DNA from: Eledone cirrhosa
Taxonomy: Eukaryota
Direction of reading: 5' to 3'
NCBI GenBank assembly: GCA_964016885.1
Contig: OZ024741.1
Location: forward strand, 245,148,001 to 245,212,000
Length of the DNA: 64,000 nt
In this document: positions 10,957 to 26,000 of the stretch, piece after piece
How positions within the stretch are numbered: the first letter of the stretch is position 1
Layout of the letters: every line of letters begins with the position of its first letter
Program-made: the position numbers and the translations under genes
The notes under the pieces: generated by a model
What the model was told of the DNA's origin: nothing
The model's input: the letters and a program-made list of their open reading frames with translations, nothing else
Database searches by the model: none

Positions 10957-13900
10957 CATTGAAAACACATTCAAAACCCATTAACCCCATATTAAAAGTT
11001 CATAAAACTCTATTAAAAACCCAATAACAAACCAATTAAAACGCCATTAAAACGCCACAAAACACAATAAAATGTCATAAAAACGCCATTAAAACATCAC
11101 AAAAAGCCCAATTAAAAAACCATTAATAATGTCATTAAAAATTCCATAAAAATCCATTAAAAACTCCACTAAAAGCCCATTAAAAAGTTCATTAAAAGCC
11201 ATATTATAAATTTCATAAAAAACAATTGAAAACCCCATTATTTATGAGCCTTTTTTTATGAGTTTTTAATAGTGTTTTAATTCAGTTTTTAATTGCGTTT
11301 AAAATTGGGTTTTAATGGCTTTTTAATGGTGTTTTAATGGGATTTTCGATGGTGTTTAATGGGTTTTTTATGGAGTTTTTAATTGGGTTTTCAATGGTGT
11401 TGTTTATGAGTTTTTAAATGGGTTTTTAATGGAATTTTTGATTGCGTTTTTAATGAAATTTTTAATAGATTCAAGGATGTTTTAATGGAGTTTTTAATGG
11501 CGTTTTAATTGTGTTTTTATGGTGTTTAAATGCGTTTTAATGATTTTTAATTGGGTTTTTAATGGAGTATTTTTAATGAGCTCTTAATGGATTTTTCAAT
11601 TGGATACTTAATGGGTTTTAATGGAATTTATAATAAGGGTTCTAATTGACTTTAAATATGATTTTTAATGGAGTTTTTAATGAAATTTCTAATGGTGTTT
11701 TTAATTGCGTTTCCCCCCGTGAGGGTTTTAATGGCATTTTAAATGACATTTTAATGAGTTTTTATGATGTTTTAATGGCGTTGTAATTGTTTTTTATTGG
11801 GTTTTTAATATAATTTTGTATGAGCTTTTAATGGGGGTTTTCAATGTTGTTTTTAATGGAGTGTTTAATGGAATTTTAATGGGGGTTTGATAAAAAAAAT
11901 TAATTGCTTTTTAATTTAATTTTTAATGCGTTTTTGATGGTGTTTAAGTGCGTTCATGATGATCTTTTTAATGGATTTTTAATGGGGTTTTAATTGAATT
12001 TTTAATGGTGTTTTCAATGTAATTTTTAATGATAGTTTAATGGTGTTTTAATGACGTTTTAATTGTGTTTTTTATGGTGTTTTAGTGACGTTTAAATAGG
12101 ATTTTTAATTGGTTTTTTAATTGAGTATTTATATGAGTTTTCACTGGTGTTTTTAATGGGTTTTTCAATATTGCATTTAATGAAATTTTTAATATGGTTT
12201 CAAATGGAATTTTTAATGTGTTTTTAATTGGGTTTCTAGTGACGTTTTTAATGGTACTTTAAATGACGTTTTAATGACTTTTATGGCGTTTTAATGGGTT
12301 TTTTAATTGGGTTTTTAATGTAGTTTTTTAAAAGATCTTTACTTGGGATTTTATGGGTTTTCAATGCGGTTTTTAATGGTATATTAATGGAGTTTTTGGT
12401 GTGGTTGTTAATGGTATTAGTGACATTTTAATGTGTTTTTAATGGTGTTTTAAGCGAGTTTCTGATTTAGTTTAAATTTAAATATTTGATGGTCCTTCTA
12501 ATGGGCTTTAATGGATGTGTAATGTGTTTAATGCAATTTTAATGGGGTTTAATGGGGGTAGTAGGTTTCAATGGGTTTTAATGGAGTTTTAATGGCTAGT
12601 GCTCTTTTTTAAAGAGTTTTTAATGGTGTTTTTAATGGTTTTTCATTGAGCTTTTAATTGCGTTTTTAATCTAGTTTAAAAATTGAGTTTTAATGGGTTT
12701 TTCAATTAGGTTTTTAATGGATTTATAATGGTGTTTTTTACGGACCCTTTAATTTTTTATAATGGGTTTTCAATGCCGTTTTAATGGTGTTTTTTAATGG
12801 TATCCTTAATGACGCTTCGATAAGTTTCAATGTTATTTTAATGGGGTTTTGATTGATTTTTTAATGGAGTTTTTTTAATGAACTTTTATTGGGGTTTTCA
12901 ATCAGGTTTTTAACTGAATTTTTAATGTTTTTCAATTAGATTTTTTATGGAGTTTTTATGGGCTTTTTAATGAGTTTTTAATGGTGTGCTAATTGAGTTT
13001 TCAATTACCTTTTTAATTGAGTATAAAATCGAGTTTTTACTAAGTTTTTAATGAATTTTTAATGGAATTTTAATGGGGCTTAATGGGGGTTTAATGGGGG
13101 ATTTAATTGAGTTTTTAATGGAGTTTAATAGAGTTTATAATGGAGGTTTTAATGGAGTTTTTAATGAAGTTTTAATGTAGTTTTTAATGAGGTTTTTAAT
13201 GACGATTTTAATGGCGTTCTTAATGGCGTTTTAATGGTATTTTATGGCATTTTAATGACGGTTGTAATGGTTTTTAATGGAGTGTTAATTGGTTATTGAT
13301 TGTATTTTAATGGGTTTTATGAGCTTTTTAATGGGCTTTTTAGTGGTGTTTTTAATGGAGTTTTTAATGGGTCTTTTAATGGAATTTGCAATGTAGTTTT
13401 TAATGGTGTTTTTAATTGTATTTTTAATGACGTTTTAATGGTGTTTTTTATGGCGTTTTAATAGGATTTTTAATTGGTTTTTTAAAGGACTATTATTATG
13501 GGTTTTTATGTAATTTTATAATGGGATTTTCAGTAGGGTTTTTAATTGGATTTTTAATGGAGTTTATAATGTTTTTTAATTGGATTTTTAAAGAATTTAT
13601 AATTGCGGTTTTAATATAGTGTTTAATGGAGTATTTAATTGGTTTTTAATGGTAATTTTAATGGAGTGTTTAATGTGTTTTTAATGGGGGAGGAGGGGGG
13701 TAAAATGCAGTTTTTAATTGAGTTATCAATGGAGTTTTTAATGACATTTTTAATGACGTTTTAATAGCGTTTTATGACGTTTTAATGACGTTTTAATGGT
13801 TTTTTTATTGGGTTTTGGGAGTTTTTATGAGCTTCTAATTAGGTTTTAAATGGGGTTTTCAATGAGGTTTTTAGTGGAATTTTTAATGGGCCTTTAATGT

Positions 13901-14025
13901 ATTTTTAATGGGATTTTAATGTTATTTATGGCGTTTTTAATGGTATTTTAAATGCTTTTTTAATGTTTTTTTTATGGCCTGTTAATTGGGTTATTGATTC
14001 AGTTTTTAATGGATTTTTTTTAACG
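10957..14025. repeat. 3069-bp degenerate-satellite cassette, copy 3
   Basis: Begins cattgaaaacacattc (equivalent to position 405) and ends taacg (equivalent to 3554). Carries an 81-bp deletion relative to copies 1 and 2. Confidence 0.93.
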
Positions 14026-17000
14026 GATTTTTTTTTAATGGATTTTTTTTAATGGATTTTTTTTAATGGGTTTTTTTTAATGGCTTTTTTTTAATGGGTT
14101 TTTTTAATGGCTTTTTTAAATGGATTTTTTAAATGGATTTTTTAATGGATTTTTTTTAATGGGTTTTTTAAATGGATTTTTTTAATGGATTTTTAATGGA
14201 TTTTTAATGGATTTTTAATGGGTTTTTAATGGATTTTTTAAATGGATTCTTTTAATGGATTTTTAATGGATTTTTTAAATTGATTTTTTTTAATGGGTTT
14301 TTTTAAATGGATTTTTTTTAATGGATTTTTTAAATGGATTTTTTAATGGCTTTTTTTAATGGGTTTTTTAAATGGATTTTTTAATGGATTTTTAATGGAT
14401 TTTTAATGGATTTTTAATGGATTTTTAATGGATTTTTTAATGACTTTTTTTAAATGGATTTTTTTAATGGATTTTTAATGGATTTTTTTTAATGGATTTT
14501 TTTTAATGGATTTTTTTTAATGGATTTTTTTTTTAATGGATTTTTTTTAATGGGTTTTTTTAATGGCTTTTTTAAATGGATTTTTTTAATGGATTTTTTT
14601 AATGTATTTTTTTAATGGATTTTTTTAATGGGTTTTTTAAATGGATTTTTTAATGGATTTTTAATGTATTTTTAATGGATTTTTAATGGATTTTTTAATG
14701 GATTTTTTTAAATGGATTTTTTTAATGGATTTTTAATGGATTTTTTTTAATGGATTTTTTAAATGGATTTCTTTTTTTAATGGATTTTTTTTTTATGGGT
14801 TTTTTAATGGCTTTTTTAAATGGATTTTTTTAATGGATTTTTTTAATGGGTTTTTTAAATGGATTTTTTAATGGATTTTTAATGGATTTTTAATGGATTT
14901 TTAATGGGTTTTTAATGGATTTTTTTAAATGGATTTTTTTAATGGATTTTTAATGGATTTTTTTAATGGATTTTTTTTAATGGGTTTTTTTTAATGGATT
15001 TTTTTTTTAATGGGTTTTTTTTAATGGATTTTTTTAATGGATTTTTTAAATGGATTTTTTTAATGGATTTGTTTTAAAGGGTTTTTTTTAATGGATTTTT
15101 TTTAATGGATTTTTTAAATGAATTTTTTTAATGGATTTTTTTAATGGGTTTTTTAAATGGATTTTTTAATGGATTTTTAATGAATTTTTAATGGGTTTTT
15201 AATGGATTTTTTGATGGATTTTTTTAATGGATTTTTTTAATGGATTTTTAATGGATTTTTTTTAATGGATTTTTTTAATGGATTTTTTAATGGATTTTTT
15301 TATGGATTTTTTTTAATGGATTTTTTAAATTGATTTTTTTCAATGGATTTTTTTAATGGGTTTTTTTTAATGGATTTTTTTTTAATGGATTTTTTAAATG
15401 GATTTTTTTAATGGATTTTTTTTAATGGGTTTTTTAAATGGATTTTTTAATGGATTTTTAATGGATTTTTAATGGATTTTTAATGGGTTTTTAATGGATT
15501 TTTTTAAATGGATTTTTTTAATGGATTTTTAATATATTTTTTTAAATTGATTTTTTTAATGGGTTTTTTTTAATGGCTTTTTTTAATGGGTTTTTTTAAT
15601 GGCTTTTTTAAATGGATTTTTTAAATGGATTTTTTTAATGGATTTTTTTTAATGGGTTTTTTAAATGGATTTTTTTAATGGATTTTTAATGGATTTTTAA
15701 TGGATTTTTAATGGGTTTTTAATGGATTTTTTAAATGGATTTTTTTAATGGATTTTTAATGGATTTTTTAAATTGATTTTTTTTAATGGATTTTTTTTAA
15801 TGGATTTTTTAAATGGATTTTTTAATGGCTTTTTTTAATGGGTTTTTTAAATGGATTTTTTAATGGATTTTTAATGGATTTTTAATGGATTTTTAATGGA
15901 TTTTTTAATGACTTTTTTTAAATGGATTTTATTAATGGATTTTTAATGGATTTTTTTTAATGGATTTTTTTTAATGGATTTTTTTTAATTGATTTTTTTT
16001 TTTTAATGGATTTTTTTTAATGGGTTTTTTAATGGCTTTTTTAAATGGATTTTTTTAATGGATTTTTTTAATGGATTTTTTTAATGGATTTTTTTAATGG
16101 GTTTTTTAAATGGATTTTTTAATGGATTTTTAATGGATTTTTAATGGATTTTTAATGGGTTTTTAATGGATTTTTTTTAATGGATTTTTTTAATGGATTT
16201 TTAATGTATTTTTTTAATGGATTTTTTTTAATGGTCTCTTTTAATGGATTTTTTTTTAATGGATTTTTTTTAATGGGTTTTTTTTAATGGATTTTTTTTA
16301 ATGGATTTTTTAAATGGATTTTTTTAATGGATTTTTTTTAATGGGTTTTTTTAAATGGATTTTTTTTAATGGATTTTTTAAATGAATTTTTTTAATGGAT
16401 TTTTTTAATGGGTTTTTTAAATGGATTTTTTAATGGATTTTTAATGGATTTTTAATGGGTTTTTAATGGATTTTTTAATGGATTTTTTTAAATGGATTTT
16501 TTTAATGGATTTTTAATGGATTTTTTTTAATGGATTTTTTTAATGGATTTTTTAATGGATTTTTTTATGGATTTTTTTTAATGGATTTTTTTTAATGGAT
16601 TTTTTAAATGGATTTTTTTAATGGATTTTTTTAATGGATTTTTTTAATGGGTTTTTTTAATGGATTTCTTTTTAATGGATTTTTTAAATGGATTTTTTTA
16701 ATGGATTTTTTTAATGGGTTTTTTTAATGGATTTCTTTTTAATGGATTTTTAATGGATTTTTTTAATGGATTTTTTTTAATGGGTTTTTTTTTATGGATT
16801 TTTTTTAATGGATTTTTCTTAATGGGTTTTTTTTTTAATGGATTTTTTTTAATGGAATTTTTAAATGGATTTTTTTAATGGATTTTTTTTAATGGGTTTT
16901 TTTAAATGGATTTTTTTTAATGGATTTTTTAAATGAATTTTTTTAATGGATTTTTTTAATGGGTTTTTTAAATGGATTTTTTAATGGATTTTTAATGGAT

Positions 17001-20000
17001 TTTTAATGGGTTTTTAATGGATTTTTTAATGGATTTTTTTAAATGGATTTTTTTAATGGATTTTTAATGGATTTTTTTAATGGATTTTTTTAATGGATTT
17101 TTTAATGGATTTTTTTATGGATTTTTTTTAATGGATTTTTTTTAATGGATTTTTAAATGGATTTTTTAAATGGATTTTTTTAATGGGTTTTTTTTAATGG
17201 ATTTTTTTTTAATGGATTTTTTAAATGGATTTTTTTAATGGATTTTTTTAATGGGTTTTTTAAATGGATTTTTTAATGGATTTTTAATGGATTTTTAATG
17301 GATTTTTAATGGGTTTTTAATGGATTTTTTTAAATGGATTTTTTTAATGGATTTTTAATGGATTTTTTTAAATTGATTTTTTTTAATGGATTTTTTTTTT
17401 AATGGATTTTTTTTAATGGATTTTTTTTTAATGAATTTTTTTTAATGGGTTTTTTAAATGGATTTTTTAATGGATTTTTAATGGATTTTTAATGGGTTTT
17501 TAATGGATTTTTTTAAATGGATTTTTTTAATGGATTTTTTAATGGATTTTTTTAAATGGATTTTTTTAATGGATTTTTAATGGATTTTTTTAAATTGATT
17601 TTTTTAATGGATTTTTTTTAATGGATTTTTTTTTTAATGGATTTTTTTAATGGGTTTTTTAAATGGATTTTTTAATGGATTTTTAATGGATTTTTAATGG
17701 ATTTTTAATGGGTTTTTAATGGATTTTTTAAATGGATTTTTTCAATGGATTTTTTTTAATGGGTTTTTTAAATGGATTTTTTTAATGGATTTTTAATGGA
17801 TTTTTAATGGATTTTTAATGGGTTTTTAATGGATTTTTTAAATGGATTTTTTTAATGGATTTTTAATGGATTTTTTAAATTGATTTTTTTTAATGGGTTT
17901 TTTTAAATGGATTTTTTTTAATGGATTTTTTAAATGGATTTTTTAATGGCTTTTTTAAATGGGTTTTTTAAATGGATTTTTTAATGGATTTTTAATGGAT
18001 TTTTAATGGATTTTTAATGGATTTTTAATGGATTTTTTAATGACTTTTTTAAATGGATTTTTTTAATGGATTTTTAATGGATTTTTTTTAATGGATTTTT
18101 TTTAATGGATTTTTTTAATGGGTTTTTTTTAATGGATTTTTTTTAATGGATTTTTTAAATGGATTTTTTTAATGGATTTTTTTTAATGGGTTTTTTTAAA
18201 TGGATTTTTTTTAATGGATTTTTTAAATGAATTTTTTTAATGGATTTTTTTAATGGGTTTTTTAAATGGATTTTTTAATGGATTTTTAATGGATTTTTAA
18301 TGGGTTTTTAATGGATTTTTTAATGGATTTTTTTAAATGGATTTTTTTAATGGATTTTTAATGGATTTTTTTAATGGATTTTTTTAATGGATTTTTTAAT
18401 GGATTTTTTTATGGATTTTTTTTAATGGATTTTTTTTAATGGATTTTTTAAATGGATTTTTTTAATGGGTTTTTTTTAATGGATTTTTTTTTAATGGATT
18501 TTTTAAATGGATTTTTTTAATGGATTTTTTTTAATGGGTTTTTTAAATGGATTTTTTAATGGATTTTTAATGGATTTTTAATGGATTTTTAATGGGTTTT
18601 TAATGGATTTTTTTAAATGGATTTTTTTAATGGATTTTTAATGGATTTTTTTAAATTGATTTTTTTTAATGGATTTTTTTTTTAATGGATTTTTTTTAAT
18701 GGATTTTTTTTTAATGAATTTTTTTTAATGGGTTTTTTAAATGGATTTTCTAATGGATTTTTAATGGATTTTTAATGGGTTTTTAATGGATTTTTTTAAA
18801 TGGATTTTTTTAATGGATTTTTTAATGGATTTTTTTAAATGGATTTTTTTAATGGATTTTTAATGGATTTTTTTAAATTGATTTTTTTTAATGGATTTTT
18901 TTTAATGGATTTTTTTTTTAATGGATTTTTTTAATGGGTTTTTTAAATGGATTTTTTAATGGATTTTTAATGGATTTTTAATGGATTTTTAATGGGTTTT
19001 TAATGGATTTTTTAAATGGATTTTTTTAATGGATTTTTTTTAATGGGTTTTTTAAATGGATTTTTTTAATGGATTTTTAATGGATTTTTAATGGATTTTT
19101 AATGGGTTTTTAATGGATTTTTTAAATGGATTTTTTTAATGGATTTTTAATGGATTTTTTAAATTGATTTTTTTTAATGGGTTTTTTTAAATGGATTTTT
19201 TTTAATGGATTTTTTAAATGGATTTTTTAATGGCTTTTTTAAATGGGTTTTTTAAATGGATTTTTTAATGGATTTTTAATGGATTTTTAATGGATTTTTA
19301 ATGGATTTTTAATGGATTTTTTAATGACTTTTTTAAATGGATTTTTTTAATGGATTTTTAATGGGTTTTTTTTAATGGATTTTTTTTTAATGGATTTTTT
19401 AAATGGATTTTTTTAATGGATTTTTTTTAATGGGTTTTTTAAATGGATTTTTTAATGGATTTTTAATGGATTTTTAATGGATTTTTAATGGGTTTTTAAT
19501 GGATTTTTTTAAATGGATTTTTTTAATGGATTTTTAATGGATTTTTTAAATTGATTTTTTTTAATGGATTTTTTTTTTAATGGATTTTTTTTTAATGGAT
19601 TTTTCTTAATGGGTTTTTTTTTAATGGATTTTTTTTAATGGGTTTTTTTAAATGGATTTTTTTTAATGGATTTTTTAAATGAATTTTTTTAATGGATTTT
19701 TTTAATGGGTTTTTTTAATGGATTTTTTAATGGATTTTTAATGGATTTTTAATGGGTTTTTAATGGATTTTTTAATGGATTTTTTTAAATGGATTTTTTT
19801 AATGGATTTTTAATGGACTTTTTTTAATGGATTTTTTTAATGGATTTTTTAATGGATTTTTTTATGGATTTTTTTTTATGGATTTTTTTTAATGGATTTT
19901 TTAAATGGATTTTTTTAATGGATTTTTTTAATGGGTTTTTTTTAATGGATTTTTTTTTAATGGATTTTTTAAATGGATTTTTTTAATGGATTTTTTTTAA

Positions 20001-23000
20001 TGGGTTTTTTAAATGGATTTTTTAATGGATTTTTAATGGATTTTTAATGGATTTTTAATGGGTTTTTAATGGATTTTTTTAAATGGATTTTTTTAATGGA
20101 TTTTTAATGGATTTTTTTAAATTGATTTTTTTTAATGGATTTTTTTTTAATGGATTTTTTTTAATGGATTTTTTTTTAATGAATTTTTTTTAATGGGTTT
20201 TTTAAATGGATTTTTTAATGGATTTTTAATGGATTTTTAATGGGTTTTTAATGGATTTTTTTAAATGGATTTTTTTAATGGATTTTTTAATGGATTTTTT
20301 TAAATGGATTTTTTTAATGGATTTTTAATGGATTTTTTTTAATTGATTTTTTTTAATGGATTTTTTTTAATGGATTTTTTTTTTAATGGATTTTTTTAAT
20401 GGGTTTTTTAAATGGATTTTTTAATGGATTTTTAATGGATTTTTAATGGATTTTTAATGGGTTTTTAATGGATTTTTTAAATGGATTTTTTTAATGGATT
20501 TTTTTTAATGGGTTTTTTAAATGGATTTTTTTAATGGATTTTTAATGGATTTTTAATGGATTTTTAATGGGTTTTTAATGGATTTTTTAAATGGATTTTT
20601 TTAATGGATTTTTAATGGATTTTTTAAATTGATTTTTTTTAATGGGTTTTTTTAAATGGATTTTTTTTAATGGATTTTTTAAATGGATTTTTTAATGGCT
20701 TTTTTAAATGGGTTTTTTAAATGGATTTTTTAATGGATTTTTAATGGATTTTTAATGGATTTTTAATGGATTTTTAATGGATTTTTTAATGACTTTTTTA
20801 AATGGATTTTTTTAATGGATTTTTAATGGGTTTTTTTTAATGGATTTTTTTTTAATGGATTTTTTAAATGGATTTTTTTAATGGATTTTTTTTAATGGGT
20901 TTTTTAAATGGATTTTTTAATGGATTTTTAATGGATTTTTAATGGATTTTTAATGGGTTTTTAATGGATTTTTTTAAATGGATTTTTTTAATGGATTTTT
21001 AATGGATTTTTTAAATTGATTTTTTTTAATGGATTTTTTTTTTAATGGATTTTTTTTTAATGGATTTTTTTAATGGGTTTTTTAAATGGATTTTTTAATG
21101 GATTTTTAATGGATTTTTAATGGTTTTTTTTAAATTGATTTTTTTAATGGGTTTTTTTTAATGGATTTTTTAATGGATTTTTTTTTAATGGGTTTTTTAA
21201 ATGGATTTTTTAATGGATTTTTTTAAATGGATTTTTTTAATGGATTTTTAATGGATTTTTTTAAATTGATTTTTTTTAATGGATTTTTTTTAATGGATTT
21301 TTTTTTTAATGGATTTTTTTAATGGGTTTTTTTAATGGCTTTTTTAAATGGATTTTTTTAATGGTTTTTTTTTAATGGGTTTTTTAAATGGATTTTTTAA
21401 TGGATTTTTAATTGATTTTTAATGGATTTTTAATGGGTTTTTAATGGATTTTTGAAATGGATTTTTTAATGGATTTTTTTTAATGGGTTTTTTAAATGGA
21501 TTTTTTTAATGGATTTTTAATGGATTTTTAATGGATTTTTAATGGGTTTTTAATGGATTTTTTAAATGGATTTTTTTAATGGATTTTTAATGGATTTTTT
21601 TTAATGGGTTTTTTTAAATGGATTTTTTTTAATGGATTTTTTAAATGGATTTTTTAATGGCTTTTTTTACTGGGTTTTTTAAATGGATTTTTTAATGGAT
21701 TTTTAATGGATTTTTAATGCATTTTTAATGGATTTTTAATGGATTTTTTAATGACTTTTTTTAAATGGATTTTTAATGGATTTTTTTCTATGGATTTTTT
21801 TTAATGGATTTTTTTTAATGGATTTTTTTTTTTTTAATGGATTTTTTTTAATGGGTTTTTTTAATGGCTTTTTTAAATGGATTTTTTTAATGGATTTTTT
21901 TAATGGTTTTTTTAATGGATTTTTTAATGGATTTTTAATGGATTTTTAATGGATTTTTAATGGGTTTTTAATGGATTTTTTAAATGGATTTTTTTAATGG
22001 ATTTTTAATGGATTTTTTTAATGGATTTTTTTTAATGGTTTCTTTTAATGGATTTTTTTTTAATGGATTTTTTTTAATGGGTTTTTTTTTAATGGATTTT
22101 TTTTAATGGATTTTTTTAATGGATTTTTTTAATGGATTTTTAATGGATTTTTTTTAATGGATTTTTTTAATGGATTTTTTTAATGGATTTTTTAATGGAT
22201 TTTTTTATGGATTTTTTTTAATGGATTTTTTAAATGGATTTTTTTAATGGATTTTTTTAATGGTTTTTTTTAATGGATTTCTTTTTAATGGATTTTTTAA
22301 ATGGATTTTTTTAATGGATTTTTTTAATGGGTTTTTTAAATGGATTTTTTAATGTATTTTTAATGGATTTTTAATGGATTTTTAATGGATTTTTTTAAAT
22401 GGATTTTTTTAATGGATTTTTAATGGATTTTTTTAAATGGATTTTTTAAATGGATTTTTTTTTTTAATGGATTTTTTTTTAATGGGTTTTTTAATGGCTT
22501 TTTTAAATGGATTTTTTTAATGGATTTTTTTAATGGGTTTTTTTAATGGATTTTTTAATGGATTTTTAATGGATTTTTAATGGATTTTTAATGGGTTTTT
22601 AATGGATTTTTTTAAATGGATTTTTTTAATGGATTTTTAATGGATTTTTTTAATGGATTTTTTTTAATGGTTTTTTCTTAATGGATTTTTTTTTTAATGG
22701 ATTTTTTTTTATGGATTTTTTTTAATGGATTTTTTTAATGGATTTTTTAAATGGATTTTTTTAATGGATTTGTTTTAATGGGTTTTTTTAAATGGATTTT
22801 TTTTAATGGATTTTTCAAATGAATTTTTTTAATGGATTTTTTTAATGGGTTTTTTAAATGGATTTTTTAATGGATTTTTAATGAATTTTTAATGGGTTTT
22901 TAATGGATTTTTTGATGGATTTTTTTTAATGGATTTTTTTAATGGATTTTTAATGGATTTTTTTTAATGGATTTTTTTAATGGATTTTTTAATGGATTTT

Positions 23001-26000
23001 TTGATGGATTTTTTTAATGGATTTTTTTTAATGGATTTTTTTTAATGGATTTTTTTTTAATGAATTTTTTTTAATGGGTTTTTTAAATGGATTTTTTAAT
23101 GGATTTTTAATGGATTTTTAATGGGTTTTTAATGGATTTTTTTAAATGGATTTTTTTAATGGATTTTTTAATGGATTTTTTTAAATGGATTTTTTTAATG
23201 GATTTTTAATGGATTTTTTTAAATTGATTTTTTTTAATGGATTTTTTTTAATGGATTTTTTTTTTAATGGATTTTTTTAATGGGTTTTTTAAATGGATTT
23301 TTTAATGGATTTTTAATGGATTTTTAATGGATTTTTAATGGGTTTTTAATGGATTTTTTAAATGGATTTTTTTAATGGATTTTTTTTAATGGGTTTTTTA
23401 AATGGATTTTTTTAATGGATTTTTAATGGATTTTTAATGGATTTTTAATGGGTTTTTAATGGATTTTTTAAATGGATTTTTTTAATGGATTTTTAATGGA
23501 TTTTTTAAATTGATTTTTTTTAATGGGTTTTTTTAAATGGATTTTTTTTAATGGATTTTTTAAATGGATTTTTTAATGGCTTTTTTAAATGGGTTTTTTA
23601 AATGGATTTTTTAATGGATTTTTAATGGATTTTTAATGGATTTTTAATGGATTTTTAATGGATTTTTTAATGACTTTTTTAAATGGATTTTTTTAATGGA
23701 TTTTTAATGGGTTTTTTTTAATGGATTTTTTTTTAATGGATTTTTTAAATGGATTTTTTTAATGGATTTTTTTTAATGGGTTTTTTAAATGGATTTTTTA
23801 ATGGATTTTTAATGGATTTTTAATGGATTTTTAATGGGTTTTTAATGGATTTTTTTAAATGGATTTTTTTAATGGATTTTTAATGGATTTTTTAAATTGA
23901 TTTTTTTTAATGGATTTTTTTTTTTATGGATTTTTTTTTAATGGATTTTTCTTAATGGGTTTTTTTTTAATGGATTTTTTTTAATGGAATTTTTAAATGG
24001 ATTTTTTTAATGGATTTTTTTTAATGGGTTTTTTTAAATGGATTTTTTTTAATGGATTTTTTAAATGAATTTTTTTAATGGATTTTTTTAATGGGTTTTT
24101 TAAATGGATTTTTTAATGGATTTTTAATGGATTTTTAATGGATTTTTAATGGGTTTTTAATGGATTTTTTTAAATGGATTTTTTTAATGGATTTTTAATG
24201 GATTTTTTTAAATTGATTTTTTTTAATGGATTTTTTTTTAATGGATTTTTTTTAATGGATTTTTTTTTAATGAATTTTTTTTAATGGGTTTTTTAAATGG
24301 ATTTTTTAATGGATTTTTAATGGATTTTTAATGGGTTTTTAATGGATTTTTTTAAATGGATTTTTTTAATGGATTTTTTAATGGATTTTTTTAAATGGAT
24401 TTTTTTAATGGATTTTTAATGGATTTTTTTTAATTGATTTTTTTTAATGGATTTTTTTTAATGGATTTTTTTTTAATGGATTTTTTTAATGGGTTTTTTA
24501 AATGGATTTTTTAATGGATTTTTAATGGATTTTTAATGGATTTTTAATGGGTTTTTAATGGATTTTTTAAATGGATTTTTTTAATGGATTTTTTTTAATG
24601 GGTTTTTTAAATGGATTTTTTTAATGGATTTTTAATGGATTTTTAATGGATTTTTAATGGGTTTTTAATGGATTTTTTAAATGGATTTTTTTAATGGATT
24701 TTTAATGGATTTTTTAAATTGATTTTTTTTAATGGGTTTTTTTAAATGGATTTTTTTTAATGGATTTTTTAAATGGATTTTTTAATGGCTTTTTTAAATG
24801 GGTTTTTTAAATGGATTTTTTAATGGATTTTTAATGGATTTTTAATGGATTTTTAATGGATTTTTAATGGATTTTTTAATGACTTTTTTAAATGGATTTT
24901 TTTAATGGATTTTTAATGGGTTTTTTTTAATGGATTTTTTTTTAATGGATTTTTTAAATGGATTTTTTTAATGGATTTTTTTTAATGGGTTTTTTAAATG
25001 GATTTTTTAATGGATTTTTAATGGATTTTTAATGGATTTTTAATGGGTTTTTAATGGATTTTTTTAAATGGATTTTTTTAATGGATTTTTAATGGATTTT
25101 TTAAATTGATTTTTTTTAATGGACTTTTTTTTAATGGATTTTTTTTTAATGGATTTTTTTAATGGGTTTTTTAAATGGATTTTTTAATGGATTTTTAATG
25201 GATTTTTAATGGTTTTTTTTAAATTGATTTTTTTAATGGGTTTTTTTTAATGGCTTTTTTTTAATGGGTTTTTTAATGGCTTTTTTAAATGGATTTTTTT
25301 AATGGATTTTTTAATGGATTTTTTTTTAATGGGTTTTTTAAATGGATTTTTTAATGGATTTTTTTAAATGGATTTTTTTAATGGATTTTTAATGGATTTT
25401 TTTAAATTGATTTTTTTTAATGGATTTTTTTTAATGGATTTTTTTTTTAATGGATTTTTTTAATGGGTTTTTTTAATGGCTTTTTTTAAATGGATTTTTT
25501 TAATGGTTTTTTTTTAATGGGTTTTTTAAATGGATTTTTTAATGGATTTTTAATTGATTTTTAATGGATTTTTAATGGGTTTTTAATGGATTTTTGAAAT
25601 GGATTTTTTAATGGATTTTTTTTAATGGGTTTTTTAAATGGATTTTTTTAATGGATTTTTAATGGATTTTTAATGGATTTTTAATGGGTTTTTAATGGAT
25701 TTTTTAAATGGATTTTTTTAATGGATTTTTAATGGATTTTTTTTAATGGGTTTTTTTAAATGGATTTTTTTTAATGGATTTTTTAAATGGATTTTTTAAT
25801 GGCTTTTTTTACTGGGTTTTTTAAATGGATTTTTTAATGGATTTTTAATGGATTTTTAATGCATTTTTAATGGATTTTTAATGGATTTTTTAATGACTTT
25901 TTTTAAATGGATTTTTTTAATGGATTTTTAATGGATTTTTTTCTATGGATTTTTTTTAATGGATTTTTTTTAATGGATTTTTTTTTTTTTAATGGATTTT

